Below, one piece after another: positions 18,364 through 24,047 of a DNA stretch of 24,047 bases. Position 1 is the stretch's first letter, and each line of letters starts with the position of its first letter. The position numbers and the translations under genes were made by a program. A model generated the notes under the pieces. That model saw only the letters and a program-made list of their open reading frames with translations. It did not search any database and had not been told where the DNA came from. The stretch is from Neophaeotheca triangularis (taxonomy: Eukaryota): positions 62,001-86,047 of the forward strand of contig BAAIJX010000072.1 of assembly GCA_054600435.1 (NCBI GenBank). Direction: 5' to 3'.

Positions 18364-20173
18364 AGAAACAAGGGGGTTGTGGAGGTTTCGGTTTTCTGCT
18401 GGTTGGGGGGGATGGTTTCGATTTTTCTATGAGCGAGAGTTGACCTCGGCGCTTTGCTCCCTGTTTCTTCCCTTTTGATACCCAGCTTTCTGCGTTTGGA
18501 GCGCGCGGCGTCGGTTGGACTCTTTTTTTTTTTTTCTGATAGATATACTAGACCATTGATTTCATACATTGCCGCCTAGGCATACGAGTACCAAAGTCGA
18601 ACTTCACCTTCCGACCATCACAATGGCCAAGTGTTTTTGTCTAATGGATGATACGTGCGGGTTGTTAAAAAAAAAAATCTTTAAAAGATGATTTCTTTAC
18701 AAGGAGTAGAGGTAAGGTACTGCCATCCATGCACGTGTGTTTGCAACGACGTCGGGGTGACCGAGCTCGGGGCGCCCGAGGAAGGACAATGCGCGAATGG
18801 GTTGGAGGTAAGACCGTAAGTAAAGGTAGGTAAGGAATTGGATTTGAGATTCGATTTTTATTAAGCGAGAGATATAGTAACTCTGGGGTTTCATAAATCA
18901 TGGTGTCGATCGTAAGTGGTGTCGCGCGTGATTTTCCGGATCGGGAAACCGCCTAATATTGTTGCAGAGATGTTGATTTACTCTGGAGACTGAGGGAGAG
19001 AAATGATTTTTGGTTTTGGTCTCTCTTAGCAAGTATGTAGGTACAGTGATAGGATGGTTTTAGCAGCTGGAATAGCGAGGGAAGAAAAGCACGACCGAGA
19101 CACGTGAGGTTAGGTGTCGCAAGCCTTTGAGGCTATGTAGGTGTCTCCGGAGGTAGCTCCAGGCCAATTTTGCAGCCGAATGCCACGGCGACATCACCGT
19201 CGTCGTAAGTCCCGTCGTCGGAAGTCCCGTCGCGACAAAGCTCGAACCAGAAGCCCATCATCATATCATCTGCAGCCTTGGGTGCTTGGGAGCTTGATGA
19301 ACCTCAGGGGCGGGCGACGGGCAGCGTGAGGTGTTCTCTGTCAATGACGCGCGCGTGCAGCGAGTCGACAGCTCAGCCTCCCGAGGTCGGGAATGGTGGG
19401 AGTTTCCATAAGGTATTGCGCGCACAGCGGCCCCGGGGTCTGGAACGGTCTTTGTCTCCAGCCACAGGTGGGGTTGAAAAAAAAGCACACGGTGTCGCCG
19501 TCTCTTTTGCTAGCGACATACCTAGGTATGTATCGTAGGTGGTTGAATCAGGTTGATGTGTGGCTGTGGCTCACGGCTCGAAGATGACCATCACCAGTGA
19601 TTGGCGAGTGGCGTGAGCTAAGCTAAGGTTAGGTTAGGGGGGTGCGGGAGGATGGGAGATTGCCGTTGCAGGAGGGTGTGAGCTGGAGCTACTACTAGGC
19701 ACTGTAGGTACTGGCTAGAGGTAGAGTTCTACTTCTTGGTATTGTTCCATTCTTGCGACATTGGATAGTACGTGCTAATGACTTTTGCTCGGGAACATGG
19801 TGCGTATGCGTGTCGCGGCTTTTTGTAGTTGTAATAATAATAATGGCAAGATTAAGATGGCCGTCTGTGTATGAAGGTTACTAACAGGAAAGGTGGTACA
19901 GGGCAGTAACGACGGGTCATCATGTTTCACTGCCACCAGTCAAACTCTCGACTCCATTAGGTACCTCGCAATACTCAAGTCAGTTGCAGCTCTTCGAATC
20001 GTCCAAGGATACCCAATAACTTGGAAGGTGCTGAGCCATGGGTGGGTCAAAGTGGCTGGCTCGCCCGTCCCATAGCTTAAAGTCTAACTATCAACCTTTT
20101 CTGGAGCTACTCCAGCTGTCACTTGTGTCGTTGCTTCTGCCGCTGAGGTGCTGTTGTGTGTGAGGTGACGTTG

Positions 20174-20201
20174 ACCCAACCCAACCTAACCTAACCTAAC
20201 C
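20174..20201 (+). repeat. Pentamer tandem repeat (CCAAC/CTAAC)~5 upstream of the CSC1-like gene
   Basis: acccaacccaacctaacctaacctaacc. Confidence 0.8.
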
Positions 20202-20419
20202 GTCCCGTCCACTCGTCGTTGCCCCCGCCGTGGAATGCATCGAATCTTGTAACTTAACTTGGGCTCCGTCACTGTGGCTTGTTACCCGCCGTCCCCTTTG
20301 TTGCTCCTACTTGACTTCACCTGTGCGTTCCCTTTTCCTCCTACTTACTCTCTCTACCTACCTACCTACCACACTCGCATCCTTTGCGGCAGCCTTTTCA
20401 CTCCCCAAAAGTCGCCAGC

Positions 20420-23151
20420 ATGGAGCAACATCTCTTTCCCCGTCAGGTGAGCATTCTGCGTCATGAAGAGCGTCCGCTCCCAATAACAACACGTACTAAC
20501 AACAATCGCAGCAGCAACAAGGGAGCAATCGCGATAGTGGCTCCAACTCGGTGTCTGCCCTCCTAACCACACTGGTCCCCGTCTTCGCCGTCGCCTTGGT
20601 CATCTTCCTGGCCTTCATCTTCCTTCAGCGCCGCTTCGATCGCGTCTACGGCCCAAGGACCTACCTCAGCACTCTATCCAAAAATGAGCGCACACCCAAG
20701 CAGTCTCCCGGCTTCATGGGCTGGGTCAAGGAGTACAGGTCGCTCAAGGACGAATACATCCTTGATCACAACTCCATCGATAATTACCTCTGGCTGCGAT
20801 TCTTGAAGCTACTATCCGGCATGTGTCTTGTCGGCTGCATCATCACCTGGCCCGTCCTTTTCCCTGTCTCCGCCACCGGGAACGGTGGACAACAAGGCTT
20901 GGCCATTCTCTCGTGGTCCAACATCGAAAACGCAAACCGCTATTACGCATACATTGGCTGCGCCTGGCTTTTCCTTGGATTTGTCATGTACATGATTACG
21001 CGCGAGACTTACTACTACGTCAACCTCCGCCAGGCTTACCTACTCTCACCCTACATGACGAGCAAGCTTTCTTCCAAGACCGTCCTTTTCAAGGATGTGC
21101 CCGAATACTATCAAAACGAGGCCAACATCCGACACATCATGCCCGGCGTTCGCAACGTGTGGATGACATACGACACCAGTGATTTGGACGACCTTGTCGA
21201 AGAGAGGACAACCGCGGCCGACAAGCTTGAGACGGGTGAAATCGCAATGATCGGTAATTATGTCAAGAAGCAGGCCAAGGAGGGCAACGAGGGTCACTCT
21301 GATCGCCGCGGTCGCATCGAAGTGGACGAAAAGGACAGGCCCACTCACAAGACCAAATTCCTCATTGGCAAAAAGGTTGATACTGTTAACTGGGCGCGGG
21401 GCGAGCTGCACCGTCTGATCCCCGAGGTGGCCAAGAAACAGCACGAGACTCGGTCGGGCAAGGGCGGTAAGCTACAGAGTGCAGTGTTTGTCGAATTCGA
21501 GAGCATGAGACACGCTCAGGCCGCTTTCCAACAAGTCGCGCACCAGAAGCCCTACCACATGACACCTGTCGACACTGGCATGATACCCAGCCAAGTCAAC
21601 TGGGACAACCTCAAACTCCCATGGTGGAGAGTGAAGCTTCAGTCTGCTTTTGGAACAGCCCTGGTCTGCTTCCTCTGTCTTTTCTGGACGATACCTGTCG
21701 CTGCCATTGGTGCCATCTCCAACATCGACAGCCTCATCCAGACACCTGGTTTGACGTGGCTCAGCTTCATCAACTCCATCCCCTCCGAGATACGCGGTGT
21801 TGTCACCGGTCTGCTGCCAGTCGTCCTTCTTGCGATTTTGATGGCCCTTGTGCCAATCATACTCGGCCTGATCGCGAACACCTTTGAACCTACCGCCGCT
21901 CGAGTGCAATTGAAGATCCAGCAATGGTACTTCCCCTTCTGCGTAATTCAGGTCTTCCTCATCACGACTTTCTCTTCCGGCGCTGCGGCAGTCGCGCAGG
22001 ATATCGTTAACGACCCGACCTCGGCACCAACTTTGTTGGCCAACAATTTACCCAAGGCCAGCAACTTCTACATTTCATACTTCATCCTCCAGGGCTTGAT
22101 GGTGGCAGCACTACAGTTCTTGAATATTGTGCCACTTCTCTTCGTCCTGGTGCTTGGGAAGATACTCGACAAAACGCCCCGAAAGATGTACAATCGCTAC
22201 GTCACCTTGGGCGGCATCGGATGGGGCCCTTTCTACGCCAAATTCGCAAACTTTGGTGTGATTGCATTGTCCTACTCTTGCATTTCACCTCTTGTACTTG
22301 GCTTCGCGTGTGTGGGTTTCTTTCTGATGTACCTTGGATTCCGCTACAACATGTTCTTCACCCTGGGCGTCAACGTCGATTTGAAGGGGCAAGCGTACGT
22401 TCGCGCGCTACAACAGCTGACAGTCGGCGTTTACCTTACCGAATTCTGCTTGATCGGTCTTTGCGCCATCAAAACTGGTAGCCAGGCGGCAGCCACTGGC
22501 CCCCTCATCCTGATGATCATCTTCACTGCCGGTACGATTCTCTACCACATGCAGATGAAGAAGGCGTTGGCTGCGCACATGCAGACTCTGCCCTCCGACC
22601 TCCTCGCCGACGAGTACCGCAATCTGCACGGCGACGAGTACGACAACACGGAAAAGGGGCAAGCCGGCAACAACAGCGTCGCCAAACACAATAGCAACAA
22701 TGGCCACGGCATCGGCCGCCACGCCTCCAGTTCCGAAGACTCCGAAACGACCAAATACCAAGTTCCTCGCAACGCCGACCCACCAGAGCGCCCCACCGGC
22801 CTCGTCGGCAAGATCAAGAGCTTCCTCTTCCCCGGCAAATACTCCTCGGCCGCCATCCTCTCCCGCCGCGTCCTTTCCCCCCACCTTTCCACCCCCGTGA
22901 GACCGTATACTGCCAAAGAGCGTGCCGACGCTTACGCCCACCCTTCCATCGCCGACGAGATGCAAATCATCTGGATCGCGCGAGACTCCTACGGCCTGAG
23001 TCAGCAGGAAATTACTGATTCTCGTAGAGAAGTGGGCGAGGGCCTAGAGATGACGGACGAGGGCGCCTGGGTTAATGAAAAGGGCAAGGTCGAGTGGGAT
23101 GAGCGTAACGTCGCCGAAGCTCCGATTCACGAGGATCCGCCGATCTACTAG
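20420..23151 (+). CDS. CSC1/OSCA1/TMEM63 (DUF221, RSN1/PHM7-like) calcium-permeable stress-gated channel, ~888 aa; join(20420..20446,20512..23151)
   Basis: A short ATG exon (MEQHLFPRQ) and the intron GTGAGC..TACTAAC..CAG join in frame to the long ORF. Motifs VYGPRTYL, DNYLWLRFL, WPVLFPV, KKVDTVNW, SAVFVEF, VNWDNL, LPKASNFYISY and IWIARDSYGLS, with many TM segments. Confidence 0.93.
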
Positions 23152-23766
23152 GTTACGACTGACAGCTGGGGGCCTAGGGCGTTTGGTGAGCAAGCTTTCG
23201 GAAATCTAAAGGGGCTTTGCTCCGTGTATTACTTTTGCGTTGTGGGGGAAATCGCGAAAGGTTTCTGATGAAGAGTTGCTTTTATCGCATTGATGCAGCT
23301 CGGATGTCGGTCGTGCTTTTGGCTGACTGACTGCTTGTACAAGATATCCCTGAGTTTTGGTCTCGATGGTTTAGATTGCGCGCTTCAATAATACTTGCTT
23401 GTTTCCTTGTTACGTAGTTAGTAGCTCTTAATACTCCCTTTATGACTTTTACATCTTCACATTTTGCCAGCAGCTTGTCCATTCCCGCCGTTCGTGTCAA
23501 GGTGTCTTGGTGATACTATCAGTGAATTCCCGGCTTCACCTGTAATTCTCGAGTAGTACCTAAGTTGATGATGGAGTCAAACGTCTCCCGAGCATACAGC
23601 CGCACGCCCTGTGAGGCGATGAGCAAGACCCGCCCACTTGATGCTCGCGAAGAACGGGACAATAATAATCGCTCGACACTGGCATCCGAGACGCCCCCCC
23701 ATCCCTCTCCAGCGAACAATCAAAACGAACGAGGGAGTGAGAGGGTACGCGCCAGTTTCCGCTCCC

Positions 23767-23883
23767 CGCCACGCCACGCCACGCCACGCCCCACCACCGG
23801 CACCGGCACCGGTACAGGCAACGCAGAGATATATCTCGCCTCAATCGACACTACTACCTCACCTCACCTCACCTTACCTTACC
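23767..23883 (+). repeat. Cluster of short tandem repeats: (CGCCA)4+, (ACCGGC)~3, (ACCTC)3(ACCTT)2
   Basis: Read directly at 23767-23790, ~23796-23813 and 23856-23883. Confidence 0.8.
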
Positions 23884-24047
23884 GCCTCGAGACCGACACG
23901 GGCACCTCGAAGTGGATGGATCGCTGGTGTTGGCGGGTCCCTGCCAGCGGGCGAGTGCGGGGCCGAGGAGAAGATGGGATGGAGATAAGGAGGTAGAAAT
24001 GTGAATGACATGACGAGTCTTAATTACCTTCGTGCCCTGCCCCCCCC

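Noticed and set aside
20551..20553. GTG start given by the ORF track for the CSC1-like gene
   Set aside because: An upstream ATG exon with a strong intron supplies the start.
23282..24047. Short ORFs at the window end
   Set aside because: They are built from tandem repeats and show no protein motifs.
1..24047. tRNA, rRNA, CRISPR array, TPP riboswitch or intact transposon
   Set aside because: No cloverleaf with A/B boxes, repeat-spacer array, TPP aptamer core, or transposase/RT motifs were seen on manual reading.

Overview
Eukaryotic DNA from a filamentous ascomycete (Pezizomycotina; Dothideomycetes is my guess from gene style, not established). It has short GT-AG introns with CTRAC-like branch points. 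Seven protein-coding genes were reconstructed by hand: a conserved uncharacterised fungal protein (+, 5 exons), SDH4 (-, 3 exons) head-to-head with MPP-beta/MAS1 (+, 2 exons), NPR2 (+, poly-Asn tract), an intron-containing and probably mitochondrial lysine 2,3-aminomutase/KamA radical-SAM enzyme (-, 5 exons), a PAF-acetylhydrolase-family lipase (+) and a CSC1/OSCA/TMEM63 channel (+, 2 exons). The main unannotated signal is the 2.2 kb gap between the convergent first gene and SDH4. By manual pairing it folds like a Pezizomycotina telomerase RNA, with a core-enclosing helix, template, triple-helix-type pseudoknot with a P2.1-like insert, and nested long-range helices. Its putative template reads CCUUACCCU, which predicts a non-canonical TAAGGG (or TAAGG) telomere repeat instead of TTAGGG. 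All structures are hand-derived and need covariance-model or experimental confirmation.
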